Both the position numbers and the translations under genes were made by a program. Positions 10,961-21,478 of a stretch of DNA of 64,000 nt are shown here, one piece after another. The notes beneath the pieces are model-generated. The model ran no database searches. It was not told the DNA's origin and saw nothing but the letters and a program-made list of their open reading frames with translations. Source of the DNA: Gammaproteobacteria bacterium (GTDB lineage: Bacteria; Pseudomonadota; Gammaproteobacteria; CAJXQU01); NCBI GenBank assembly GCA_965238175.1, contig CBDEGZ010000003.1, positions 1,632,001 to 1,696,000 of the forward strand. The letters run 5' to 3'. Numbering within the stretch: position 1 is the first letter of the stretch; each line of letters opens with the position of its first letter.

Positions 10961-11390
10961 AACCTAGCAGTAAAGTAGAGAACAGGTTAAATGATTATAG
11001 GGCTTGATCCAGATATTAGTTAATCTGATGTCTTAATTGAGCTTCTGGGTCGCTGCTGTTAAATCGCCATTCGCACGCCTTCAAAAAGAGATGAAAATAC
11101 GCTTTTGGAATGCCATTAAATTTGCATACAATGACGCTTGGCTTGATTGCAAAAATTCTCTATACATTCCAGATCAGCCTTAGAATTTTTTTAGGATATC
11201 TGCAAGCAACACTGAGCAAAATTAATAAATCAAATTTAACTGTTTTTTTAAACCAGTTTCTTGATAGGTAAGTCTCAATAAACAATAGATACAAGTATTG
11301 TGTCTCAAGCAGACGACAGTTTAGGGGTTAAAATAAACATAAAGTACAGCATTAAATCATAAGGCATTGAATATATTGATATATTTATTG

Positions 11391-11407
11391 TTGGCACAAT
11401 TAATGCT
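11391..11407 (+). promoter_or_regulatory. Sigma-54 (-24/-12) promoter of the VPLPA-CTERM gene
   Basis: TTGGCACAATTAATGCT = GG-N10-GC; candidate enhancer TGTC-N10-GACA at 11301-11318. Confidence 0.7.
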
Positions 11408-11552
11408 ATAAAGGTTATGTTATAAGCGTGAATATTAGTTGCAGTGGTTGGAAACCTTCGTGATAAAGGACTAAAATTATTGTAAGGAGTTTAAAATCAC
11501 GTGAGTTTAGTATTACATCTTTTAATACTGCATTATAGAAGGGATAACTATT

Positions 11553-12023
11553 ATGGAAATGAAATTTAAGAAGAAAATTAAGATTACTATACTTGGGTTG
11601 TTGTTACTCTCACCTTTTTCGCAGGTTTGGGGAGCAACAAGGGACTTTAACCGTGTTACCGCAAGTACACTTGGAAGTTTTGGCGTTTTTAATAATGTTA
11701 CTAGAGTTAATTTTGGGTACTTATCAGGAGTATCTAACAGTAATATAGTTGATGCGATATCGGGAAATGGGTGTTCTTACCTCGGTAGTAGACTATTGAG
11801 CTGCCCAACAGCTACTACTACACCTCCAGCAGTTACTCCTCCTCCTCTAGCAGGTGTCGGTACTAGTAGTAACGCGGGAAATTTCACTAATACTGTACCA
11901 CCACCCGTTACTGTAAGACCACCTGTAAATACAACAGTAGTTCCCGTACCTGCTGCTGTTTGGTTGTTTGGTTCCGCCCTAATGGGGCTGATTGCTACGG
12001 GTAAGAGAAGGAAGGTTAGTTAA
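11553..12023 (+). CDS. VPLPA-CTERM sorting-domain protein, Pro/Thr-rich
   Basis: Signal peptide; C-terminal VPVPAAVWLFGSALMGLIATGKRRK. Confidence 0.88.
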   Translation: MEMKFKKKIKITILGLLLLSPFSQVWGATRDFNRVTASTLGSFGVFNNVTRVNFGYLSGVSNSNIVDAISGNGCSYLGSRLLSCPTATTTPPAVTPPPLAGVGTSSNAGNFTNTVPPPVTVRPPVNTTVVPVPAAVWLFGSALMGLIATGKRRKVS

Positions 12024-12089
12024 ATTCTTTTGTCCGTTAGGTGCTAAATAAACAGGGCCGGCCTGTAGCCCGTTGTGTTTTGTTACAAT

Positions 12090-12898
12090 GAACTCGCCAT
12101 AAGTCACCATAACACGGTGTTTTCACAACTTCTGAAACTGATGCCAAGGCATGAATTTGAGAGGCTTGCAAAACAATATCATTCAGAGCAATGTTTCAGG
12201 AAAGTATCTCGGTGGTCACAACTACTAGTCACGCTCTCACTGGTGTAATTGCTAGGTGAAGTAGATTGCGTGGTATTGTTGAAAACATTTCTGCACAAGC
12301 TCATCGGTTTTACCTTCTGTGAGTAGTGCAAAGCTGTCTCGTTTTAATCCCACTCGGATCAACGAAAACCAAACCTTACACCCTCTACGAAGCCTTCTTT
12401 AGAAAACGATTAACGTGTTGTCGAAACAAGGCATCCGGTCATCACTTTCGTTTCAATAATCCACTTTACTCGTTAGATGCCTCGACGATAGGTTTGTGTT
12501 TGTCTGTTTCCCATGGGTGAATTTTAGAACAGCCAAAGGGAGGAGTTTCATGTTGGATTAAACCACCGTGTGGTTATTTGTCTAAGTTTTTGACACGGTA
12601 ACAGAGGGTAGAACGCATAATGTGATCATCGGTCGGACGTTACACTTTCCGAAAGGGATAGATAAAGGGTATAACAACTATGTCTGGTATAACTGTTTGA
12701 CGGAGAACGGAATATTTTTTGTCATCTGTCTCAACCGATATGGTATTGAAAAACAAAGGAGTGCTTTGCGATCAAACGATTAAATTCACGGGAGCGTAAC
12801 ACGACAAAGAAGGGCTCAGTCCAGCTACGTCGCATTGGTTACAACGATGCGGTAACAGGCAAGCGCTATACTTTTTCTAACCAATAATTTCAAATGGG
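12090..12898 (+). pseudogene. IS4-family (DUF4372) transposase pseudogene
   Basis: Fragments SHHNTVFSQLLKLMPRHEFERLAKQ, PLYSLDASTIGLCL, DKGYNNYVWY, FLTNNFKW in shifting frames. Confidence 0.75.
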
Positions 12899-13185
12899 TG
12901 ACCTTCTGTCTGTAAATCTTACTGGAATAACCGTTACGGTTATTTTTCGTATCGGATTGCTGATGCTTGGCAAAGGCAAGATGGTTATCCAGCTCTGCGT
13001 TGAGTGCCGCCTCGACAGTGATCTTGGTCAACATCTGTCGAAACGCGTTGTGATCTTCTTTTTGATTTTATATTTTTTACTGTCGCTTGAGTTACGCCTG
13101 TAGTTCGTTTTTGTTCACCGTGCCTAACCTCCCCTTTTAAACAAGTAATGATAGACAACAGTTACACAGTTTTAGTTACAGTTTC
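12899..13185 (-). mobile_element. IS256-family left end with truncated transposase
   Basis: MLTKITVEAALNAELDNHL...NNRNGYSSK; terminal sequence GAAACTGTAACTAAAACTGTGTAAC on the - strand ending near 13185. Confidence 0.78.
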
Positions 13186-13258
13186 CGCTTGTTTTTCTTA
13201 AGGTTTGTTTCTAAACAAGCTTGTGAGAATAAGTGAAAGGTTTGATTGTTTATTAAAA

Positions 13259-13287
13259 GCCCAGGGTTGGTAGTTACAACCCTGAGC
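13259..13287 (-). terminator. Probable intrinsic terminator
   Basis: GCCCAGGGTTG...CAACCCTGAGC hairpin with a T-run on the - strand, after the 13306 stop. Confidence 0.55.
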
Positions 13288-13305
13288 ATGGTAAGCAGAG
13301 TTTGA

Positions 13306-14100
13306 TTATGCTGCTTTATTGAACGTTTTTTTATTTTTCAATAAGAAAACTAAACCGCCCGCAAAAAGCCAAAAAGCAGCAGGGATTGGAACAGCTGCCA
13401 CTGAGAAATTACTGTTTAAAGCTGTGGTAATTTGATCAGCCCTTAAACGGTCACCAGTTCCACCTGAAGTCAACAAGTTTTCGGGGAGGATCAAGTCCCC
13501 ATTCCCATCTACTTCATCTGTATGTGCAAGTCCCAGGTTATGCGCAATTTCGTGGGCTACAACACCTGCAGCCGTTCTCTGTCCAGCTGCAAAGGTTAGG
13601 AGACCAGCACCAACATACTGAGTGATGCCATTTCCTGGTAGAAAGGCTAATCCAGCAGCGGTGAACTCTGAGAGTGAACCAAAGCCTGCTGCGATATTGA
13701 CGAAAAATATATTGATAACGTTGACATCAGCATTTCTTACACTTGCTGGGACACTATTCACAATAGTACTTAGATCTGATCGTGGTCTAGGCTCATTAAC
13801 ACCTGAAGTACCTTGATTAGCGAAGGTATTATTCCAGGTATTAGCAGCTAAAAAATTTACATCAATCCCAGCCTGTGCCCAGATTTGATCAATAAGACCT
13901 TCTATCATTGATTTTTGACTTGTATTACCAAAAAATGTGGCGGTATTGCTACCATCATCATCCGAAACAATGATCGGTTGGACAGTTACAATATGACTGA
14001 TCGGCATCGGAGCATTAATTATTAATGCAGCATAGCTACTTGGAGCAATTATAAATAACAATGAAATAAGACAGGTTAGTTTCCGTTTTAAACATTTCAT
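13306..14100 (-). CDS. VPLPA-CTERM protein with metzincin-type zinc protease domain
   Basis: Signal peptide, HEIAHNLGLAH (HEXXHXXGXXH), C-terminal VPIPAAFWLFAGGLVFLLKNKK. Confidence 0.85.
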   Translation of the reverse strand: MKCLKRKLTCLISLLFIIAPSSYAALIINAPMPISHIVTVQPIIVSDDDGSNTATFFGNTSQKSMIEGLIDQIWAQAGIDVNFLAANTWNNTFANQGTSGVNEPRPRSDLSTIVNSVPASVRNADVNVINIFFVNIAAGFGSLSEFTAAGLAFLPGNGITQYVGAGLLTFAAGQRTAAGVVAHEIAHNLGLAHTDEVDGNGDLILPENLLTSGGTGDRLRADQITTALNSNFSVAAVPIPAAFWLFAGGLVFLLKNKKTFNKAA

Positions 14101-14177
14101 ACTTTTCCTTCCATAATTATGTACATGTTGGTGCGAGCTATTGTACCATAATTATGCACGTGCGGGTTGTTTACCTT

Positions 14178-14546
14178 TTACTTACATACCGTAGCGGTAT
14201 ATATCAGTTTAAGCGTAATTTCTTTTTGATCGTCATTCAGTGTTTCTTCACCTTCAAATATGTCCGAACATTCTGGATCATCCTTTATCTGAGAAGCACT
14301 GGCCGAAATTGTCACTGGAGACGCTATTTTTTCTCGAATATACCATTTAGAGCAATCATCTTGTTCACATTGTAAGTTATCTTTTGTGTCAATCTGATCA
14401 ATAAACCACCATCTAACGGTTTCTGCTTGAATTGGTTGATTATTTATATCTACCGTGTTTATTTGAATAAAAGCATCATTTGTATCAGAAATGTTGTTGC
14501 AAGCTGGTAAAGTCGTAAGAGTTGTAATGATGAATAATTTGTTCAA
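14178..14546 (-). CDS. Hypothetical lipoprotein
   Basis: Lipobox LPAC; four further Cys. Confidence 0.6.
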   Translation of the reverse strand: MNKLFIITTLTTLPACNNISDTNDAFIQINTVDINNQPIQAETVRWWFIDQIDTKDNLQCEQDDCSKWYIREKIASPVTISASASQIKDDPECSDIFEGEETLNDDQKEITLKLIYTATVCK

Positions 14547-14746
14547 GTGGTCTCCGCTTTATGTTAATCCAATTACTGATTTGAATGTTGATTATTCTAT
14601 ATATTTAGCCTAAGTGATTATAGGTAGCAGCACAAGTTCTCACTAGAATAGTCTGAGTTCTATAAGTTGAAATAGGCTTCTCTAAATTCAGGGCTAGATG
14701 TTTGCTATGCAATAAAAGCATCCATATAATCTGAAGCACAATAATC

Positions 14747-16075
14747 ATGCCTGCAAATCCTATTATGACCAAGCAACACTTTAATCTTGAACTACTTGAT
14801 TTTCTTAACCAATCTCCCACACCATTTCATGCAGTATCTATAACTAAGAAGTATTTAAAGGAGGCTGGTTTTGTTCAATTATTTGAGCATGAATCGTGGG
14901 AATTGGAAAAGGAGATGAGTTGTTTTGTGGTTAGAAATGACTCTTCGATTATCGTTTTTCGTTCAGGCTCAAAATCGCCAATTGAAAACGGGTTTAGAAT
15001 GGTTGGTGCTCATACTGATAGTCCATGTTTGAAGGTGAAACCAGAACCTGAAATTGAAGCGCAAGGTTATAATCAACTAGGTGTTGAGGTTTATGGAGGT
15101 GTTTTATTAAACCCATGGTTTGATCGAGATCTATCTCTGGCGGGACGAGTCACGATAAAAAATTCAAAGGGCAACATTGAGAATAAGCTTGTTGATTTTG
15201 AAAATGCAATTGCAACACTTCCAAGTCTTGCTATTCATCTTGATCGAGAGGCGAATACTGAACGAAAAATTAATAAACAAACCTATCTTCCGCTGGTAGT
15301 AAGTTTGATTTCAGATCAGTCTTTTAATTTAAAAGATGAACTACAAAAACGGCTAAGTAAATCTGATAAAAGCTTGGGTAAGGCTGAGATTCTTGATTTT
15401 GAATTATCGTTTTATGATACACAAAAAGCAGCGTTGATAGGTTTGAATGAAGAATTCATTGCCAGCGCTCGTTTAGATAATCTTTTGAGTTGTTACACAG
15501 GTTTAAAGGCAATTATCGAAAGTACCAACAGTGATGTTAGTCAATTACTTGTTTGTAATGATCATGAAGAGGTTGGGAGTGGTTCAGCCGCTGGAGCACG
15601 TGGTAATTTCCTTTCCAGTATTTTGAAACGTATTGTAGATAATGAAGAAGATTATGCGCGAATGATGGCAAGCTCCATGTTGATTTCTACTGATAACGCA
15701 CATGGGGTTCATCCGAATTTCGCTGATAAACACGATTCAAATCACGGTTCTATTATGAATGCTGGGCCGGTGATCAAAATTAATAGTAATCAGGCATATG
15801 CATCGAACAGCGAGACGGTTGGTATTTTTCGCCATGTGGCGGATCTTGCTAAAGTACCAACACAGTCTTTTGTTTCAAGAGGCGACATGGGATGTGGTAG
15901 TACTATAGGACCACTTACAGCGACAGTTTTAGGCGTCAAGGCCGTTGATGTAGGTGTACCAACTTTTGCGATGCATTCTATTCGTGAACTTGCGGGCAGT
16001 GATGATGCTCATTCTCTTTATCAGATTTTACGATCATTTTTTGAAACTTCTGATCTAAAAGTGTTACCCGTATAA
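14747..16075 (+). CDS. apeB: M18-family aspartyl aminopeptidase
   Basis: GAHTDSPC, WFDRDL, ARLDNL, DHEEVGS, DNAHGVHPN, CGSTIGP, MHSIRE. Confidence 0.93.
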   Translation: MPANPIMTKQHFNLELLDFLNQSPTPFHAVSITKKYLKEAGFVQLFEHESWELEKEMSCFVVRNDSSIIVFRSGSKSPIENGFRMVGAHTDSPCLKVKPEPEIEAQGYNQLGVEVYGGVLLNPWFDRDLSLAGRVTIKNSKGNIENKLVDFENAIATLPSLAIHLDREANTERKINKQTYLPLVVSLISDQSFNLKDELQKRLSKSDKSLGKAEILDFELSFYDTQKAALIGLNEEFIASARLDNLLSCYTGLKAIIESTNSDVSQLLVCNDHEEVGSGSAAGARGNFLSSILKRIVDNEEDYARMMASSMLISTDNAHGVHPNFADKHDSNHGSIMNAGPVIKINSNQAYASNSETVGIFRHVADLAKVPTQSFVSRGDMGCGSTIGPLTATVLGVKAVDVGVPTFAMHSIRELAGSDDAHSLYQILRSFFETSDLKVLPV

Positions 16076-16089
16076 CCTTCAAAAATTAC

Positions 16090-16125
16090 TTAATAATGAA
16101 TATTTATTTGAATATTCATTATTAA
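16090..16125. promoter_or_regulatory. 15-bp perfect inverted repeat (operator or terminator) upstream of the MMPL operon
   Basis: TTAATAATGAATATT-N6-AATATTCATTATTAA. Confidence 0.5.
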
Positions 16126-16161
16126 TTCTGAGCAATAAAAAAAATAAAACGAGGAAGGAAT

Positions 16162-18468
16162 ATGGGATCTATCGAAAACAATTTGGGAACCTGGGTTATT
16201 CGTTATCGCTGGATGATTATCCTTTTGTCGATAGTTTTTGTAGCGCTTGCTGCGAGTGGTGGGAAATTTTTGAAATTCACCAATGATTACAGGATCTTTT
16301 TTAGTGAAGATAATCCGGAGTTATTAGCCTTCGAAGCACTTGAAAAGAGGTATTCAAAAACGGATACCGTTGTTTTTGTTCTCGAACCAAAGGGTGGAAA
16401 TATTTTCACATCAGAAATTTTAGCTGTCGTTGAAAATTTAACCGAAGAAGCGTGGCAGATCCCATATTCATCAAGAGTCGACTCAATTTCAAATTACCAA
16501 CATACCGAGGCTGAAGAAGATGATCTGATTGTTCGCGACCTGTATGAAAATGCAACTGAACTATCAGCAACCGAAATCGAACATGTCAAAACCATTTCAA
16601 CTACGGAGCCATTATTAGTCAACCGTCTTGTTTCTGAATCAGGTCATGTTACTGGGGTAAGTGTTACTGTTTTGTTTCCTGGAATAGATGAGAATACCGA
16701 AACGCCAGAAGTGGTTAAATTTGTCCGAAATATGGCTGACAATATTGAGAAATCGCATCCCGATATAAAAGTATATCTAACAGGTGTTGTGATGTTGAAC
16801 AACGCCTTTGGTGAAGCATCTCGTGGTGATATTACTAAATTGGTGCCGATCAGTTTTGCGGTAATGGTTTTGATGTTAATGTTTTTAACCCGAAGTTTTG
16901 CGGGTACTTTCTTAACAATATTAGTTATCTTTTTTTCCATCTTGGCCGCGATGGGTTTGGGTGGGCGTATCGGTTATCCAATTACTCCGCCATCAGCTTC
17001 AGCACCAACAATGATATTGACGATGGCGATTGCAAACTCGGTTCATGTAATCGTTTCTTTTCTTCATGCAATGCACCAAGGAAATCCTAAAATTGAAGCG
17101 ATTAAGGAAAGTATTCGAGTCAATATTCAACCGGTTTTTCTTGCTAGTATTACAACTTGCATCGGTTTCTTGAGCATGAATTTTTCAGATGCTCCTCCTT
17201 TCAGACATCTCGGAAACTTTGTGGCGATGGGCGTTGCCACAGCATTTATATTATCAATGACATTTTTACCTGCGATGTTGTCACTATTACCTGTTAAAGC
17301 AAAAAAGCTTGAAAATAGTGAAGATGCTTTGATGACCCAATTAGGTCGGTTTGTGGTTGATAAAAGAAAACCTTTGCTGTGGATAATGTCAGCTTTGGTC
17401 ATTGGTTTAGTATCGATGATTTCTAGAAATGAATTGAATGATATTTTCGTCAACTATTTTGATAAGTCAGTTGAGTTTAGAGCTGATTCGGATTTTATGG
17501 TTGATAATTTAACCGGACTTTATTACATCGAATATTCGTTAAGTTCGGGTGAAGAAAGTGGAATTAATAATCCGGAATTTTTAAAAGATGTTGATGTTTT
17601 TGCAGAGTGGTTTCGACAACAACCTGAAGTAATTCATGTAAATACCTTGACTGATATTATGCAACGTCTTAATAAAAATATGCATAGTGACGATCAAAAA
17701 TATTACAAATTACCTGAACAGCGTGAGCTATCTGCACAGTATTTATTACTCTATGAAATGTCATTACCTTATGGTCTTGATTTGAATAATCAGATTGATA
17801 TTAGTAAGTCTTCGATCCGATTTATTCCATCGCTCCAAACCTTGTCTAGCAACGGTGTTATCGATCTGAATAATCGAGCTTACCAATGGCTGAAGGATAA
17901 CACTTCCAGTATTGAATTGAGCGTTAATCCAGGTTCGGGCACGGCATTAATGTTTGCTAATATTGGAAAACGGAATATTCAAAGTATGTTGGGTGGAACA
18001 ACCTTAGCACTAGTATTGATCTCGATGATACTAATGTTTGCTTTTCGATCATTTAAAATAGGACTTATTAGTTTATTACCTAATCTGGTACCCGCTGGGT
18101 TAGGGTTCGGATTATGGGGGATAATGGTTGGTCAAGTTGGCCTTGCTCTTTCTGTGGTGACAGGAATGACACTTGGAATTGTCGTTGATGATACGGTCCA
18201 TTTTTTAAGTAAATATTTAAGAGCGCGTCGTGAAAAAGGTTTAAGTTCACAAGATGCGGTCGTCTATGCGTTTTCAACGGTTGGAAGAGCGTTAGTCATC
18301 ACATCATTTGTTCTGGTTGCAGGCTTTTTGGTGTTATCACTTTCAAGTTTTGAATTGAATGCCGGCATGGGTTTATTAACGGCAATCGTTATTGTGTTTG
18401 CATTGATGGCAGACTTTTTATTGTTACCACCACTGTTAATGAAGTTTGAGGAGAAGAGTAATGTATAA
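16162..18468 (+). CDS. RND/MMPL-family transporter
   Basis: Two repeats of periplasmic loop plus TM bundle; GIVVDDTVHFLSKY. Confidence 0.9.
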   Translation: MGSIENNLGTWVIRYRWMIILLSIVFVALAASGGKFLKFTNDYRIFFSEDNPELLAFEALEKRYSKTDTVVFVLEPKGGNIFTSEILAVVENLTEEAWQIPYSSRVDSISNYQHTEAEEDDLIVRDLYENATELSATEIEHVKTISTTEPLLVNRLVSESGHVTGVSVTVLFPGIDENTETPEVVKFVRNMADNIEKSHPDIKVYLTGVVMLNNAFGEASRGDITKLVPISFAVMVLMLMFLTRSFAGTFLTILVIFFSILAAMGLGGRIGYPITPPSASAPTMILTMAIANSVHVIVSFLHAMHQGNPKIEAIKESIRVNIQPVFLASITTCIGFLSMNFSDAPPFRHLGNFVAMGVATAFILSMTFLPAMLSLLPVKAKKLENSEDALMTQLGRFVVDKRKPLLWIMSALVIGLVSMISRNELNDIFVNYFDKSVEFRADSDFMVDNLTGLYYIEYSLSSGEESGINNPEFLKDVDVFAEWFRQQPEVIHVNTLTDIMQRLNKNMHSDDQKYYKLPEQRELSAQYLLLYEMSLPYGLDLNNQIDISKSSIRFIPSLQTLSSNGVIDLNNRAYQWLKDNTSSIELSVNPGSGTALMFANIGKRNIQSMLGGTTLALVLISMILMFAFRSFKIGLISLLPNLVPAGLGFGLWGIMVGQVGLALSVVTGMTLGIVVDDTVHFLSKYLRARREKGLSSQDAVVYAFSTVGRALVITSFVLVAGFLVLSLSSFELNAGMGLLTAIVIVFALMADFLLLPPLLMKFEEKSNV

Positions 18469-19243
18469 AAAATATTCTGTAATATTGTTATTAACTCTAT
18501 TTATTTTTAATGTTTCAGCAGAAACGCCCGAAGAAAAAGGCTTGGCTATCGCGCAAGAAGTGGATAAACGAGATACAGGCTGGTCTGATATTACTAGTGA
18601 TCTTCATATGATTCTGAGAAATGCACAGGGTGAGGAGAGTGTACGAGAAATTAGGTTGAAAACATTGGAAGTAGTTGGCGATGGTGATAAAGGTTTGACT
18701 ATTTTTGATTCACCAAAAGATGTTAAAGGTACGGCTTTTTTAAGCTTTACCCATTCTGTTAAAGCAGATGATCAATGGTTATATTTGCCTGCACTGAAAC
18801 GTGTTAAACGAATTTCTTCATCAAATAAATCGGGGCCTTTTATGGGCAGTGAATTTTCCTTTGAGGATCTAAGTTCTTTTGAGGTGGATAAATATAAATA
18901 TAAATATTTGCGCGATGAACCTTTTAATGGAAGAGAAGCATTTGTTGTAGAAAATTATCCACAATACAAACATTCTGGATATAAGAAACTGATCGTTTGG
19001 ATAGACAAAGAAATCTATATGCCATTGAAGTTTGAATTTTATGATCGTAAAAATTCCTTATTGAAAACGCTTACATTTAGCGATTACAAACAATATCTTG
19101 ATCAATATTGGAGACCTAACAGTCAAAATATGATTAATCATCAAAGTAAAAAAAGTACTTTGTTGAGGTGGAGTAATTACAAATTCAAAGTAGGTCTTTC
19201 TAGTCGTGATTTTGATAAAAATTCGTTAAAACGCGCCAGGTGA
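18446..19243 (+). CDS. Outer-membrane lipoprotein-sorting (LolA-like) protein
   Basis: DDQWLYLPALKRVKRISS..KSGPFMGSEFSFED; start probably at ATG 18461. Confidence 0.88.
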   Translation: MRRRVMYKKYSVILLLTLFIFNVSAETPEEKGLAIAQEVDKRDTGWSDITSDLHMILRNAQGEESVREIRLKTLEVVGDGDKGLTIFDSPKDVKGTAFLSFTHSVKADDQWLYLPALKRVKRISSSNKSGPFMGSEFSFEDLSSFEVDKYKYKYLRDEPFNGREAFVVENYPQYKHSGYKKLIVWIDKEIYMPLKFEFYDRKNSLLKTLTFSDYKQYLDQYWRPNSQNMINHQSKKSTLLRWSNYKFKVGLSSRDFDKNSLKRAR

Positions 19244-19283
19244 ATGATAAATATAAATCAGATCAAAATTATTTATAAAGATC

Positions 19284-20483
19284 ATGCACAAAAAATCACT
19301 AGCAATATTATTTGTATTATTACCATTGCTCTCATACGCCGGTGAATGGTCTGGTTATATAGGTACTGAAGCAAGATTGTTTCCACACTCGGCATTGAAT
19401 TCAGAGCAGGATCATTCTAATAATTGGTCTGTTGTTGCGGAACCAGAATACTACAGTGAGTGGGACGATGGATGGCAGAGTTTTACAGTTGTACCATTTT
19501 TAAGGATAGATCAACACGATAGTGAACGAACACATTTTGATATACGAGAGCTTACCTGGTTAAAGGCCGCTGATAATTGGGAACTACGTGTTGGGTTAAG
19601 ACAAGTGTTCTGGGGTGTCGCAGAATCTAATCACTTAGTCGACATAATTAATCAAACCGATCTGATCGAAAATATTGATACAGAAGATAAGCTTGGACAA
19701 ATGATGATCAATTTTGCCCTGATCAAAAATTGGGGAACAGTCGATTTTTTTATAATGCCGGGATTTCGTGAACGTACATTTCCCGGAATTGAAGGACGGC
19801 TAAGGACTCAACCTCGTGTTGATACTGATCATCCAGTTTACGAATCCTCTGCCGAAAATAAGCATATCGATTTTGCTATACGTTGGTCGCACGTCATTGG
19901 TGATTTTGACATTGGGCTGTCACATTTTTATGGGACTAGCCGAGATCCACGATTTGTATCTGGAACTAATAGGGCAGAACCAGTTCTAATTCCACACTAT
20001 GATGTTATTAATCAAACCAGTCTTGATTTACAAGCGACTAGAGAAGATTGGTTGTGGAAGCTGGAAATAATTTATCGTTCTGGTCAAGAGGATGCAACAG
20101 GCGACGATGATTATTTTGCACTAGTAGGTGGATATGAATATACCTTCATAGGTGTTTTTGAATCTATTATAGATGTCGGTATTGTTTCTGAGTATTTATT
20201 TGATGACCGAAATGACGATGCTCTAACCCCCTTTGAAGACGATATCATGATTGGTGTTCGTCTGGCATTAAACGATGTGCAGAGTAGTGATCTGTTATTC
20301 GGCATCATTTTTGATCGAGATAGCAGTGCGAAGTTTTTTAGTTTGGAAGCGGGTCGTCGTCTAGGTGATAGTTGGAAATTAGAAGTCGAAACACGGTTCT
20401 TCAGTGATATACCTAAAGACGATTTACAGTATATCTTTCGTAATGACGATTATTTTCAATTTTCACTCTCACGTTATTTCTGA
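19284..20483 (+). CDS. Outer-membrane beta-barrel partner of MMPL/LolA-like
   Basis: Signal peptide, WGVAESNHLVDIINQTD, terminal aromatic residue (YF). Confidence 0.75.
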   Translation: MHKKSLAILFVLLPLLSYAGEWSGYIGTEARLFPHSALNSEQDHSNNWSVVAEPEYYSEWDDGWQSFTVVPFLRIDQHDSERTHFDIRELTWLKAADNWELRVGLRQVFWGVAESNHLVDIINQTDLIENIDTEDKLGQMMINFALIKNWGTVDFFIMPGFRERTFPGIEGRLRTQPRVDTDHPVYESSAENKHIDFAIRWSHVIGDFDIGLSHFYGTSRDPRFVSGTNRAEPVLIPHYDVINQTSLDLQATREDWLWKLEIIYRSGQEDATGDDDYFALVGGYEYTFIGVFESIIDVGIVSEYLFDDRNDDALTPFEDDIMIGVRLALNDVQSSDLLFGIIFDRDSSAKFFSLEAGRRLGDSWKLEVETRFFSDIPKDDLQYIFRNDDYFQFSLSRYF

Positions 20484-20569
20484 GATTTAAAAGTATTTCA
20501 ATTACTTAATATTTCCTTAAGGATAGATCTTCAAAATGTCTAGCGTACAGAACATCGGAGTTCGTAGGC

Positions 20570-21016
20570 GTGCTAGAAAAACAATTAGTAGAAGCGTTAA
20601 AAGTAGTTCATAAATCGCTATTTAAAAATAAGCAATCTGATCTATTTGATCTACAACTGTTAGATCAATATACAGGTGAAAGACAGGCTGCAGAAAAGTT
20701 CATCAGAGATATTTTTCTTAATACCTATTCTGCAAATATACAACATTTTTATCCTTTTTTATTATCTATTAAACGTAAAAATGACCAGTTTGCTGCTATC
20801 GCAGGTATTCGTCCAGCTTGTTTAGAAAACTTATTTTCAGAAAATTATCTCGACAAGTCTATTGAAGAGGTTTTACAAATACCACGAGAAAAAATAATCG
20901 AGATAGGTAACTTGGCACCGGCAGATGCAGGGCAAGCACGTTGGTTAATCACTACTTTAAGTGCATTTATGAATGCTGCTGGTTTTACTCATGTGGTAGA
21001 ACTAAATAGAAGCTAA
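20570..21016 (+). pseudogene. Thermostable hemolysin family protein, C-terminally truncated
   Basis: AGIRPA..LFSENYLDKSIE..IIEIGNLA; ends at GFTHVV, overlapping the convergent arsC stop. Confidence 0.65.
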
Positions 21017-21478
21017 TGCTTTTGTGAATTCTTGATCAGATAACGTTGAAAGAGGTAGATCTAGCATCTTTTTAATTTTTTTCTCCAGTTGAAAATAGGT
21101 ATATTCAAAAGCATTTTCAACTTCTTGTTGTGATCCGGAAATATTTGCGGGATCAGGAAGTCCCCAATGTAGTTTTATCGCAGATTTTAAATAGACAGGG
21201 CAAACCTCGCTAGCAGCATTATCACAAACGGTTATAACAACATCTATTTTTTGGTCAACAAAATCATCCCATGAGTTACTTGTATAACCATTGGTGTTAA
21301 TACCGTGGTTTTTCAGGGTCAATAGTGCATTTTTATTAACAGTGCCTGTTGGATGGCTACCTGCTGAGAATGCCCTGACTTTTTCTGGGTTTATATCAGT
21401 ATTTAAATGGTTGAATAATGCTTCTCCAATAATACTCCGACAGGAATTTCCTGTGCATAGAACCAATACGTTAATCAT
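21002..21478 (-). CDS. arsC: Arsenate reductase ArsC (LMW-PTP fold)
   Basis: CTGNSCRS, ITVCDNAASEVCP, HWGLPDPA. Confidence 0.9.
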   Translation of the reverse strand: MINVLVLCTGNSCRSIIGEALFNHLNTDINPEKVRAFSAGSHPTGTVNKNALLTLKNHGINTNGYTSNSWDDFVDQKIDVVITVCDNAASEVCPVYLKSAIKLHWGLPDPANISGSQQEVENAFEYTYFQLEKKIKKMLDLPLSTLSDQEFTKALASI

